Shown here one piece after another: positions 9,240-18,803 of a stretch of 32,000 nt of DNA. Origin of the DNA: Candidatus Heimdallarchaeota archaeon (lineage in GTDB: Archaea > Asgardarchaeota > Heimdallarchaeia > Heimdallarchaeales > Heimdallarchaeaceae); the NCBI GenBank assembly GCA_030668875.1, contig DAOVER010000020.1, positions 26,530-58,529 on the forward strand. The letters are read 5' to 3'. Position 1 is the stretch's first letter. Each line of letters begins with the position of its first letter. Below the pieces are notes generated by a model, which saw nothing but the letters and a program-made list of their open reading frames with translations, did no database searches and had not been told where the DNA came from. The position numbers were made by a program, and so were the translations under genes.

Positions 9240-10373
9240 CTATATTATTCTCGGTCTGAAAACTAAAGGCCATTTAGCTAGTTTTCGTTTTCTAATAATT
9301 CTTTTTATAACGAAGAAAGAAATGGTACAGATAACAACTATAGCTCCTATAGATGGTAGAGTCACAGATAAATAATACAATTCTGAAGGTTGATGGGTTA
9401 TGGTGAATTTCACAATAAACAATCCTCCATTCTGAACTACAAACACATTTTCATCATCAATGATTAAATCATGTGTATAGATTACATGTGAGTCATCGAA
9501 CACAATTATCCTATTGATGTCATAAGGATTTGTTACATTAAAAAGTTCAATAGAATATCTATCCGCTACATAAAGAAGTCCATCTTTTTCAAAGATCCCT
9601 GTAGCTTCTCCTCCATCTTTGTTAAAATATGAATCAGTAAGAATGGGAGAATATGGGTCAGAAATATCATAAATTGAAATTCCCCGATCAAACCTTGCTA
9701 AGTATAGAAAATCATCACTGATGAAGGCATCATATGCTTCTATAGAATCAGGTGCTAAGCATATTAGTGATGGATATCTCTTGTTAGAAATATCGATAAT
9801 CCTTAATCCATCTCTTGGAGTGCAGAAAAATAAGATATCATCTTGAATTTTCATGTCTCTACCATAACCTCTTGAATAATTAACTACATGAATCGGATTG
9901 AGAGGGTTACTTATATCTAAAATGTGCACTCCACTAACTAGAAAATTTACATATACAAAAGAACCACAAACCATCACTTTAAGTGCTATATCCCCTTCTA
10001 TCTGGTACTGACTAACAATATAAGGATCTATTGGATTGCTTACATCTGCAATTACTAGACCTCCATAATCAGCTGCAATATATGCGAAATTATTTTCCAC
10101 ATCAACACCATAAGAACCATTTGTTAGTTCTATTTGACTTACCATAACAGGTTCCTCTGGATTACTAATATCAATTACTAATAAACCATTAATAGAAGAA
10201 ACAAAGGCATAATCGTCTTGAAGGCAAATGTCATAACAATCGGTTGTTTCCCAATTAGAAACCTCTTCAGAGATATAATTTTGTGAAGATACATTTGTGG
10301 AGAATAACAAACTAAACACTGTCAAACAAAGTACAAATGCAGTCAAAGCTGGTTTCTCTACAATTTTGGTCAT
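9240..10373 (-). CDS. LVIVD-repeat beta-propeller surface protein with signal peptide and C-terminal TM anchor
   Basis: Repeats such as GLLVIDISNPEEP, GLVIADVSNPIDP, GVHILDISNPLNP; hydrophobic N-terminus; C-terminal TM followed by RIIRKRK. Confidence 0.88.
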   Translation of the reverse strand: MTKIVEKPALTAFVLCLTVFSLLFSTNVSSQNYISEEVSNWETTDCYDICLQDDYAFVSSINGLLVIDISNPEEPVMVSQIELTNGSYGVDVENNFAYIAADYGGLVIADVSNPIDPYIVSQYQIEGDIALKVMVCGSFVYVNFLVSGVHILDISNPLNPIHVVNYSRGYGRDMKIQDDILFFCTPRDGLRIIDISNKRYPSLICLAPDSIEAYDAFISDDFLYLARFDRGISIYDISDPYSPILTDSYFNKDGGEATGIFEKDGLLYVADRYSIELFNVTNPYDINRIIVFDDSHVIYTHDLIIDDENVFVVQNGGLFIVKFTITHQPSELYYLSVTLPSIGAIVVICTISFFVIKRIIRKRKLAKWPLVFRPRII

Positions 10374-10581
10374 TTCTATTTTTCCTTAAACTTGGTAAGT
10401 AGGTGAAATTTTATCTAGTGTTTTTAACGATATTTATTCAAAGCATGGTATGTCTTAAGCACTTATAAAGGAAATGTGTTACAAGGTTTAGTGGCAAAAT
10501 GTCTTCTTTCAGTTTTGTTTATATATGTCTAAGTCTAGAAAAGAATTAGTTTAAGAATGAAACTTTCTTTGGGGTAGAGAA

Positions 10582-12564
10582 ATGATAAATAAGTCAAGAA
10601 AATTCATTTTATTGTTAAGTGGTTTAGTGATTATCTCACTAACAGTGAATACATTAAACATTAGCGTAGTAAACAATACGTCAGTTTTAGCAAATTTAGA
10701 TGAGGAAATAAATAAAGATTCAGCTTTACATGATATTCCTATTTTAGCATATTTGGAAGATTATATTAATAGTGAAATTAGACAAGAAATTGAAGATTAT
10801 AACATAGCAGGAGTGACTGTTTCTGTTGTTCAGGATGGAGAAATGACCTTAGCTAAAGGATTTGGATACAAAGATTTTGGTTTTGCATCTCCTGTGGTAG
10901 TGGAAGAAACTCTTTTTCGATTAGGATCTATTTCCAAAACATTTACAGCTATTGCAACGATGCAACTTGTAGAGTTAGGACTATTGGATTTAGATGTAGA
11001 TGTTAATTCATATTTAACAGTTTTTAAAATTCCTGATACTTTTGCTGAGCCCATCACCTTACGACATCTGTTAACGCATACAGCTGGTTTTGATGTGTCA
11101 ACATCGTCCGTGTTATATGAATCATATGAGGATATGTTATCACTTGAAGAGGATTTGATTACAAATATACCTGATAGAGTAAGACCTCCAGGAAAATTGA
11201 CAGGATATTCTAATTATGGGAGTGCTCTAGTGGGCTACATTGTACAAGAAATTTCTGGAAAAACGTTCTTTAATTACATAGAGGACAATATTACTTTACC
11301 TCTTGGAATGAATAGCACAACATGTAGACAACAACTATCTCTAGAATTTCAAGAAGATATGTCATCAGCGTATTATGATACTGAACATCCTGGGTTCTAT
11401 GAATATTTCTCTCTTTATCCCGCTGGTGGTTTTACGTCTACAGCAACAGATATGGCAAAGTTCATGATGATGCTCCTCAATAATGGGACATATAACAATG
11501 TAACCATTTTGGAAGAAAATTCTGTTCAAGATATGTTTTCAGATCAATATTCTGTTCATCCTGATTTGCCTGGAGTTGGTTTAGGTTTATATGAAGCAGA
11601 TTATAGAAATGCTCATATTGTTGGACACGGGGGAGATACAATTTTCTTTCATAGTAGTATGATGCTTTTCCCAGAAGAAAACTGTGGCTTGTTTATCTCT
11701 TATAATAGTCGATCAGGCATTCTTGGGATGAGTAGATTTATCTCAGGTTTATTGGAAAGTTTTTACTATTTTAATAGAGTAGTAGAACCTGTAGAAAACT
11801 ATAAACAGAGAGCAAGTATGTTTTCAGGAACTTATGTTAGCACAAGAAGATATTATAGTGAAAAAAATGGGTTAGATGTCTTATTCTGGTCACAATACTA
11901 TTCTGTGAATATTAGTGTAGGTAAGGGATATCTGAAAATTGCTGGATTAGATGATATTAATTTTGTTGAAATCGCTCCTTATTTCTTTGTTGAACAAACG
12001 GGAACTATGGATTTATCCTTGTTCTTTAAAACAGATGAGAATGAACAAATAACTCACATGTATACAAACTGGAACACAGCTCTAACAACCTATGAAAAAA
12101 TCCATACTTCTTATGTTAATACGAATTTACAATTAGGGTTATTAATATTAATGGGAACTATATCCTTGATATCCCTGTCAATGTGGGGAATAGATTCTTT
12201 CTTTAGATGGAAAAAGGGTAAGAAAAGAGGTAAAATCATTCTTTCGATACCAAAAATATGGTATATCGGCATTTTAACTACTGCAATAGTAACTATCAGC
12301 TTATTGATGAAGATTAATCACGAGACTATAGTCTTAAGCACTGAAACAGCAACAGCTTTTCAAAGCATACTTTTCTTACCTTATTTATCAATTGCGTTCA
12401 TTATTGGCAATATAGTGCTCACATTCTTTGCTTGGTTTGGTGTATTTAACCTAGAAAAGAAACCTTATTGGAATCTAATGACAAGGATGCAATACTCTGT
12501 ATTGACAGTGTTTAGTATTTTATACATTATATTCCCGATTTATTGGAATTTACTTATATTTTAA
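10582..12564 (+). CDS. Membrane-anchored serine hydrolase (beta-lactamase class C/AmpC-like fold)
   Basis: SxxK (GSISKT), LLTHTAG, YSN and HGG motifs; N-terminal signal; about 3 C-terminal TM helices. Confidence 0.9.
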   Translation: MINKSRKFILLLSGLVIISLTVNTLNISVVNNTSVLANLDEEINKDSALHDIPILAYLEDYINSEIRQEIEDYNIAGVTVSVVQDGEMTLAKGFGYKDFGFASPVVVEETLFRLGSISKTFTAIATMQLVELGLLDLDVDVNSYLTVFKIPDTFAEPITLRHLLTHTAGFDVSTSSVLYESYEDMLSLEEDLITNIPDRVRPPGKLTGYSNYGSALVGYIVQEISGKTFFNYIEDNITLPLGMNSTTCRQQLSLEFQEDMSSAYYDTEHPGFYEYFSLYPAGGFTSTATDMAKFMMMLLNNGTYNNVTILEENSVQDMFSDQYSVHPDLPGVGLGLYEADYRNAHIVGHGGDTIFFHSSMMLFPEENCGLFISYNSRSGILGMSRFISGLLESFYYFNRVVEPVENYKQRASMFSGTYVSTRRYYSEKNGLDVLFWSQYYSVNISVGKGYLKIAGLDDINFVEIAPYFFVEQTGTMDLSLFFKTDENEQITHMYTNWNTALTTYEKIHTSYVNTNLQLGLLILMGTISLISLSMWGIDSFFRWKKGKKRGKIILSIPKIWYIGILTTAIVTISLLMKINHETIVLSTETATAFQSILFLPYLSIAFIIGNIVLTFFAWFGVFNLEKKPYWNLMTRMQYSVLTVFSILYIIFPIYWNLLIF

Positions 12565-13382
12565 TCGAGATGCAAAATCTCTTTCTTTTTCCTTTGATAA
12601 TACTCTAGCATCCGTTTTGCTTGTTCATCAGGATATAGGTCCAATATTCTGATTCTCTCTTTTAGATAAATGTCAAAATACTCCAATATAACATCAATTG
12701 TTCTGAAAAGTTCCTTTACAGACAAATCTTTAGGAATAGCTTTTTCGAGCAAATTTATTTTCTTCTTATCAAGTTTTTGCTCTAATCTGCGATAACTTTC
12801 CGGTTTTCTTTGAGCTAGCATATCTTCAAATTTGACCAAATATTTTCTGTAGTAGTCTACACAATCGTAAGCAGCCCATAATTCTCCTCTAGCTAGCTTC
12901 AAAACAGTATAACTGAGACCAATATGAAAATGTTTTATATAGTGTCCTAATTCCTCCTCATTGATATCCCAATCCATTTGCCAAGCTTTCTCTATCATAG
13001 CTGCTATGTGACCTTCAGGGTCGTAAAGATTAGTTATATATGCATGATCTGGTCTAATCTTCTTTGGTAAAACTTCCCAAGAGAAATCAAATTTTATCTC
13101 ATCAGATTCATAGAAAACAACATAAACTGAGGGGAAACCTGACATAGATTCAGCTTTGATTTCACCTATTTTCTTAGCAGTTTCTAATCTATCTTTTTTC
13201 AAAGAATCAAAGTCTTCTGCTGTGCAAAGTATACCACAATCTATATCTGAAAATTCATCTGCTTTTTTTGAACCAGAGATGTAAATACCTTTTACCCTAG
13301 AATCTTGTTTCAGAACCTCAACTGCTTTATCGATAAGAGCTTGATGTTTTGGTAAGTTGGTGAATTTTTCAACTGGATACAT
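12561..13382 (-). CDS. Pol-beta-superfamily nucleotidyltransferase (aminoglycoside 6-adenylyltransferase/lincosamide NTase-like)
   Basis: GIYISGS..ADEFSDID signature plus helical C-terminal domain (KLARGELW, YRRLE). Stop overlaps the convergent hydrolase stop at TTAA 12561-12564. Confidence 0.7.
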   Translation of the reverse strand: MYPVEKFTNLPKHQALIDKAVEVLKQDSRVKGIYISGSKKADEFSDIDCGILCTAEDFDSLKKDRLETAKKIGEIKAESMSGFPSVYVVFYESDEIKFDFSWEVLPKKIRPDHAYITNLYDPEGHIAAMIEKAWQMDWDINEEELGHYIKHFHIGLSYTVLKLARGELWAAYDCVDYYRKYLVKFEDMLAQRKPESYRRLEQKLDKKKINLLEKAIPKDLSVKELFRTIDVILEYFDIYLKERIRILDLYPDEQAKRMLEYYQRKKKEILHLD

Positions 13383-13480
13383 GAAGACAAACTCTTTTTA
13401 AACACTTTAAAGTTTTTTGAAACACTATTCTAGTTCTTTAGAAAACAATAGATTAGACAAAATTTAAGACTGAAGAAATA

Positions 13481-14608
13481 TTGGTAAAATTATTGGTAAA
13501 AATGACAGCAGAAGAGTATGTTCCTGTTGAAGCACTTCATAATTTTATGAAGGATGTTTTTGTAGGGTTAGGTTACCCTAATGAAGAAGCTCAAGTGAGT
13601 GCAGATATATTGATTGAATCTGATCTTAGAGGAATAAGGTCTCATGGAGTACAGCGTCTCAGATATTACTATGTGAGAGTTAAAGGAGGGCAACATAAAA
13701 TAAGCAAGTTTGAGATTGTCAAGGATCAGGATGCAGCTGTAGTCATAGATGGAAACCATGGAAATGGGCATTTTATATCATACAATGCTATGAAACTAGC
13801 TATAGAAAAAGCAAAGAAATATGGACTAGGAATGGCAGTTGTAAGAAATAGCACTCATTACGGTATAGCAGGATATTATCCCTTAATGGCAATAAAAGAA
13901 GGATGTATTGGAATAACTGGAACTAATGCTCGTCCAGCTGTTGCTCCAACTTTTGGTGTTGAACCTATGTTAGGCACTAACCCTCTGACTTTTGGTTTTC
14001 CAACAAATGAAGAATTTCCATTTGTTCTAGATTGTGCAACATCGATCATTCAAAGAGGGAAGGTAGAACTAAGTGCAAGAACAGGCGAGGCTCTAGCTGA
14101 TGGACTAGTAATAGGAAAAGATGGTAAATCTAAAACCGATGCAGAACAGCTGTTGAAAGATTTTGTTAGCCAAGAAGCGGCTTTACTACCGCTAGGGGGA
14201 GTTGGAGAATCGCTGTCTGGTCATAAAGGATATGGTTATTCTACAGTTGTAGAGATACTTTCTGCAGCACTACAAGATGGAAAATTCTTGAAAGAACTAT
14301 CAGGATTAGACAATGAGGGGAATAACACACACTTCCATGTAGGGCATTTCTTCATAGCAATAGATCCTGAACATTTTCTTGGTCTAGATGTTTTCAAAGC
14401 TGTTGCTGGAGCAATATGTAGAAAACTAAGAAAATCTGAGATTGCTCCTGGTGAAGAGAGGATATATACAGCAGGAGAAAAAGAATTCGAAGCTGAGAAA
14501 TTGGTCAGAGAAAAAGGTGTTCCCATCAACAAGAGTATTCAAGAGGATTTAATTTATATGAGAGATGATCTAAAACTTGAGAATTATATTTTTCCTTTTG
14601 AAAAGTAG
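13481..14608 (+). CDS. Ldh_2 family (malate/L-lactate/sulfolactate dehydrogenase, ComC-like) oxidoreductase
   Basis: DLRGIRSHG, RNSTHYGIAGYY, LGTNPL, LDCATS, GHKGYG and IYTAGEKE motifs. Start TTG 13481 or ATG 13502. Confidence 0.9.
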   Translation: MVKLLVKMTAEEYVPVEALHNFMKDVFVGLGYPNEEAQVSADILIESDLRGIRSHGVQRLRYYYVRVKGGQHKISKFEIVKDQDAAVVIDGNHGNGHFISYNAMKLAIEKAKKYGLGMAVVRNSTHYGIAGYYPLMAIKEGCIGITGTNARPAVAPTFGVEPMLGTNPLTFGFPTNEEFPFVLDCATSIIQRGKVELSARTGEALADGLVIGKDGKSKTDAEQLLKDFVSQEAALLPLGGVGESLSGHKGYGYSTVVEILSAALQDGKFLKELSGLDNEGNNTHFHVGHFFIAIDPEHFLGLDVFKAVAGAICRKLRKSEIAPGEERIYTAGEKEFEAEKLVREKGVPINKSIQEDLIYMRDDLKLENYIFPFEK

Positions 14609-14628
14609 ATTTAAGGAGATAATAGAGT

Positions 14629-14753
14629 GGAAGGGTATTTAACCCCTCCTAGTAAAGCTCTGCTGGTGGATTATCCTGACACAATGTGTCAGCAGTGTTA
14701 TGGGGGGACATATCACTATTTGATACTTCGAGAATTGGGTATAAAAACCCCAA
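14629..14753. other. Hairpin-dense intergenic element between convergent genes
   Basis: Four stems visible: 14629-14649, 14676-14692 (perfect 7 bp), 14694-14716 (GGGGGA loop), 14735-14753. Confidence 0.5.
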
Positions 14754-14775
14754 GAAAAAAGTAACCTCACTGAAA

Positions 14776-15891
14776 CTATTCTACAATAATCTCCTCTGGA
14801 GGGACGAAAGGAAACACTCTGCGAACTATGTCTGTTGCGTCAGAAAAAGAGCTAATTGAACCGTCGAAGTTTTCCAAAATAGAACCAAATTGTTTACAAA
14901 AATCTCTATTGAAATGTTTTACCGCTAATTGCAAAATATACGAATCACTGTCACTAATAACAATTGTTGACACTTTCTTTTTTAGATCTTCAACAACTAT
15001 CATCTTCTTGTCTCTAAAACTGATTTTTCGTAAATCTGTTCGAGCACCTGTTGTCTCAGCTAAGATTGTCCTAAGAGCGGAAACAGTTCCTGTTAGAAGT
15101 GTATCTTCAATTATCTTCGGTTCTCCTCTCTCTATTCGAACTGAATAGAGTAGAATGCCCGATTCATCTAAAACTATGAGTTTATTAAACTTTGTTGGTG
15201 TAATATAAACAAAAAACGGATTAGCTATGAAAGCAATAGCTGTAACTCCAAAAAGTATTCCAAGTGGTATTGCTCCGTAGAATTGCAAACTTGGGTTAAT
15301 CTGAATGGTCCATCTCTCAAAAATCTTTGCGACGGAGAATAGAAGAGCTACACCCATAGAAGATGCTATAACAATACTAATTCTTTTCAATCTCTTATAC
15401 TCAAGTTTTATCGCGTCCATCAAGAAGACAAAGAAAGCTTGAGCTAAAACAAAAGCTTGGAAAATATTGAAAATAACTCTGTAAATTCTGTATTCAGGCA
15501 GAAAATCGAGTTCTAGATTAAATCCAAGCTCAATGAAGTATAATGCTAAATAACCACCAAGAAGAAGACTAGCGATACTAAGATGCCAGGGATTAGGTCT
15601 GCTATTTTTGATGAGTTCAGTATAAAGAAATAGAAAGAACAATCCAATTGCATAAGGAATAATATGTATCTCTTGTATGGCACTATTACTATCCAAAGAA
15701 CCATATTCACTAGGGAAGAAAAGTGCAATCTCAATTAATGATTGTACTATAGCAAAAGAAAAAAGGCCTATAAACCAGTCAAACCCTCTGATCTTATCAT
15801 GGAATCGCCTGTAACCAAAATAGCTGAGTATGATTAAGATAATGACTATCTGTCCTATTTTGATCCAAAATTCCAGAAGGTTAGACGCCAT
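14776..15891 (-). CDS. Seven-TM membrane protein with C-terminal longin/roadblock-like domain
   Basis: Seven hydrophobic segments, then KLIVLDESGILLYS...LLTGTVSALRTILAE...FNRDFCKQF...FDGSISSF, resembling Asgard longin-like domains. ATG 15891 has GGAG RBS; ORF track starts at 15969. Confidence 0.65.
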   Translation of the reverse strand: MASNLLEFWIKIGQIVIILIILSYFGYRRFHDKIRGFDWFIGLFSFAIVQSLIEIALFFPSEYGSLDSNSAIQEIHIIPYAIGLFFLFLYTELIKNSRPNPWHLSIASLLLGGYLALYFIELGFNLELDFLPEYRIYRVIFNIFQAFVLAQAFFVFLMDAIKLEYKRLKRISIVIASSMGVALLFSVAKIFERWTIQINPSLQFYGAIPLGILFGVTAIAFIANPFFVYITPTKFNKLIVLDESGILLYSVRIERGEPKIIEDTLLTGTVSALRTILAETTGARTDLRKISFRDKKMIVVEDLKKKVSTIVISDSDSYILQLAVKHFNRDFCKQFGSILENFDGSISSFSDATDIVRRVFPFVPPEEIIVE

Positions 15892-16261
15892 TAAAACTCC
15901 CTTAAGTATAGTAAATTTTAAAGCTAACCCTTGTATCCTTTGAAGAAATGTGTGTATGTTAATACACAATAATGACTATAATCTAGTAAAAGAAGTTATG
16001 ACATGAATTTTGTACGAAATTCTTTAGAAGTGCCAGAAGCACATCATGGGAATGCCACATACCCCCCTACACCGCCCACATCTTCTACAAAGATGCTTAC
16101 GGTTCGCTTTGGATGGTTGTTGGATGTAACCGCGAGGATCACCATGGAACTGGTGCATAGCTACAATCCTTCAACGTACAATCTACATCACACTATATAA
16201 ACACAAAAAACATGCTTAATAAAAGGTTATAAGTGCGCTAGGAATAGCATCATTTACACAT

Positions 16262-16599
16262 ATGAATGCAGAGAAACATAACTATGATCTACTGCTTCTA
16301 CTGAGTACCCTTGGATCAAATAAGATTAGAGCAATCTTAGTATTAGCACATCAATACCCTAAAGCGGTAACAGCAACACAACTATCAATGCTGCTGGGTT
16401 ATTCTCTAAAAGCGCGAACGATATACAGAGGAATATTAGATGACCTTCAAGAAAGAGATTTGATATTCCTGGATAAACTCACACCAAAAGTAGCAAGTAT
16501 AAGATTAAATCACGAAAATCCTCTCCTAAAAAAATGATAGATTTGGCGCAAAAATATGGAGAGAAATATTTCGAAGTAATAGAAGATGTCTTGAGGTAA
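16262..16599 (+). CDS. Winged-HTH protein with a -1 frameshift at an A7 run
   Basis: wHTH-like (VTATQLSMLLGYS...ILDDLQERDLI). Frame 0 stops at TGA 16535-16537; the -1 frame continues MIDLAQKYGEKYFEVIEDVLR to TAA 16597-16599, which contains the GAGGT RBS of the next gene. Confidence 0.6.
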
Positions 16600-16604
16600 A
16601 AGAA

Positions 16605-17159
16605 TTGAATACTAGAAACATGTTTTCACAAAACAGAAATAATAAAATGTATTCTAGAAAGAAAGTGTTCATATCTGTGATGATTATATCAGCAATAATT
16701 TTTATCATGTCAGTATCAATAGCTGTTAAATCCGATGGAGGAGTAGTAACAATAACAACTGGAGATTCTAGTGGGACTAGAAGTTCAGCAAGAATAAGTT
16801 TTGAAATATGGAATTTTACCACATTTATAGTGTCTTCAGCAATATTGATCATCCTACCTCCAATCCACTTACTGTCAAAAACAATGATATTTAGTTCAGG
16901 AAAAAAAGTAAATGTTTGGAGAAAATATGGTGAAGTGAAATTCCATTCGTTTTACAGAAAAGCAAGCATTAATACTCTAAGGGGAACGATTACAATAAAG
17001 AAACGTTCTTACAATTATCTCCTGAGCCTACCTTTATTGAAGGGAAAGGAAATAGAAAATTACGGATTTTCTAAAGTTGAGAAAAGTTACAAAGTAACAG
17101 CTGAGAGAGAAGAAATATCAAGCATACTACATCTTTATCAAGCGTTTGTTCAGAAATAA
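16605..17159 (+). CDS. Hypothetical membrane protein (2 TM plus basic soluble C-terminus)
   Basis: ORF with two hydrophobic segments; GAGGT RBS 7 nt before the TTG. Confidence 0.65.
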   Translation: MNTRNMFSQNRNNKMYSRKKVFISVMIISAIIFIMSVSIAVKSDGGVVTITTGDSSGTRSSARISFEIWNFTTFIVSSAILIILPPIHLLSKTMIFSSGKKVNVWRKYGEVKFHSFYRKASINTLRGTITIKKRSYNYLLSLPLLKGKEIENYGFSKVEKSYKVTAEREEISSILHLYQAFVQK

Positions 17160-17165
17160 GTTTGT

Positions 17166-17528
17166 TCAAGCAAAACTGTTTATTTGGTTATAGCGACGAA
17201 TGACCTCTTTTTTCTCTTCAATTTCTTCCTCTCGATGGAGAAGATCCCAAACAGCTTTTTCTTTAAACTCTCCATCTTCAAAAACAGTAATAGTAGCAAG
17301 AGAAATTATTTTATCTTTCATGATGATTTTACCATCATTTATAAGATGATTAAGACCTTCCAAAATACCTTGAAAATTAGTAAGGAGATTATATCCACCC
17401 CACATTTTCTTAAGAAGATCATCAAGATGAATAGTTTCATGTTCTTTAAGTATTAACTCAACTCTATTTTCAAAAGAATCTTTCGAGGCTTCCCGTGCCT
17501 CTTCAGGATAATCCCAGAAGCTTGACAT
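17166..17528 (-). CDS. Hypothetical protein, possibly wHTH-like
   Basis: 120-aa ORF with natural charged composition; IHLDDLLKK...LEGLNHLINDGKI resembles a winged helix. Confidence 0.6.
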   Translation of the reverse strand: MSSFWDYPEEAREASKDSFENRVELILKEHETIHLDDLLKKMWGGYNLLTNFQGILEGLNHLINDGKIIMKDKIISLATITVFEDGEFKEKAVWDLLHREEEIEEKKEVIRRYNQINSFA

Positions 17529-17627
17529 ATTACTTTCAGTAGTGAGTGTTTAACGAAACTATTTAAGCACCACAAAATATTATAAAGAAGGGTTCGTTAA
17601 TATTATGTGATTTTATTGAAAGAGAAA

Positions 17628-18046
17628 TTGGACAAAGGAATCATATTTATCCGTTTTGCTTACTGGATTGGAGCAATACTGGATTTGTAAGTTGCAATAT
17701 CAATGACATTATATGTATTTTTAAATTAAACATAGGGATGGATTTCCCTGATGCTAATCTTGAAAACAGATACATGCTGGTTGCTGGAATGACTTTGATG
17801 TGGGGTTGGACAGCATTGTTGATATGGGGAGATAGAAAACCTGTGGAAAGAAGGATGTTACTGTTGCTTACTGCAATGCCAGTTGTTATATTATATTTTG
17901 TAGGAGAACTAGTCTTATTTCTTCAAGGAGCTGTAGATACTAGTATTACTCAATTTGTAATTTTTCAAAGTATACGGTTTGGTTTACTTAGTATATTCAT
18001 TGCAAGTTATTTCATAGCATGGAAAAAAGCAAGGAAGAAGATCTAA
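17628..18046 (+). pseudogene. Disrupted 4-TM membrane protein gene (in-frame TAA plus -1 frameshift)
   Basis: TTG 17628 reads MDKGIIFIRFAYWIGAILDL*VAISMTLYVFL; a -1 shift near 17720-17726 joins KLNIGMDFPDANLENRYMLVAG...WGDRKPVERR (ORF 17738-18046). Confidence 0.7.
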
Positions 18047-18109
18047 AAATTCATTGAACAATCAAATTCATTCCATAAATCTTAAAATAGGGAAAAACGA
18101 TGAATATTT

Positions 18110-18577
18110 ATGTTATCTAGAAAAAAAACTATCCCTATAATATTTTTATTTATTCTAACACTAAGTACATTGAATATTACTCCCCATACATCACAAGCAG
18201 ATGTAACTGACGGTCCTCAAATAACAGCAAGCACTGATCACTTAATAATGGAATTCAATACAACAGGAAATTGTATCTGGTGGCTATTAGTAGATGATGA
18301 TCCTTACAGATATCAAATTTATACAAATGGTTTGCTAGGCTCAGATACCTACTGGCAAGATGGAGATAATGTTTCATTAATTTGGGATTATCAATATGTT
18401 GGAGAGTACAACTGCACTCTTATTGCAAGTGATATGGCTGACAATACTGCAACAAGCACAATATTTGTAACTATAACTGATCCAGCTTCAACCAGCTATA
18501 CTTGGTCATTTTTGTTAGCAATTGTCATACTTCCTATCATCATATTTCAGAGAAGGAAACAGAGGGTAAATCATTAA
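18110..18577 (+). CDS. Secreted/surface protein with Ig-like beta domain and C-terminal TM anchor
   Basis: Signal peptide, beta-rich core (VGEYNCTLIASDMADNTATSTIFVTI), TM followed by RRKQR. Confidence 0.75.
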   Translation: MLSRKKTIPIIFLFILTLSTLNITPHTSQADVTDGPQITASTDHLIMEFNTTGNCIWWLLVDDDPYRYQIYTNGLLGSDTYWQDGDNVSLIWDYQYVGEYNCTLIASDMADNTATSTIFVTITDPASTSYTWSFLLAIVILPIIIFQRRKQRVNH

Positions 18578-18803
18578 TAAAAACAAGTGAGATACTTGTA
18601 TAATTTTTCTTCTTCTTATTTTTCCTTAATTACAAAGCTTCAAATCAAATATTACAAGACATAGGAGTAGTAAAAACCAAACCTATGGGAATGATTAATC
18701 TAGGAGAAAAAGTAGGTTTGTGGAAGAGATTATTTAGACGATATAAACACAATTAATTTTCCCTCTATAGAACATAAAAAGAAAAAAAAGATAATAGTAT
18801 TTT

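Noticed and set aside
13395-13450. Three imperfect TTT(A/G)AAACAC(T/A) repeats between divergent genes
   Set aside because: Similar AAACACTTTAAA words occur at other promoters (e.g. 29823-29834), so probably ordinary BRE/TATA elements of a divergent promoter.
16024-16158. Resemblance of KHLCRRCGR to ribosomal protein L37e
   Set aside because: Spacing to the second CxxC and the basic C-terminus of L37e are missing; the match is too short.
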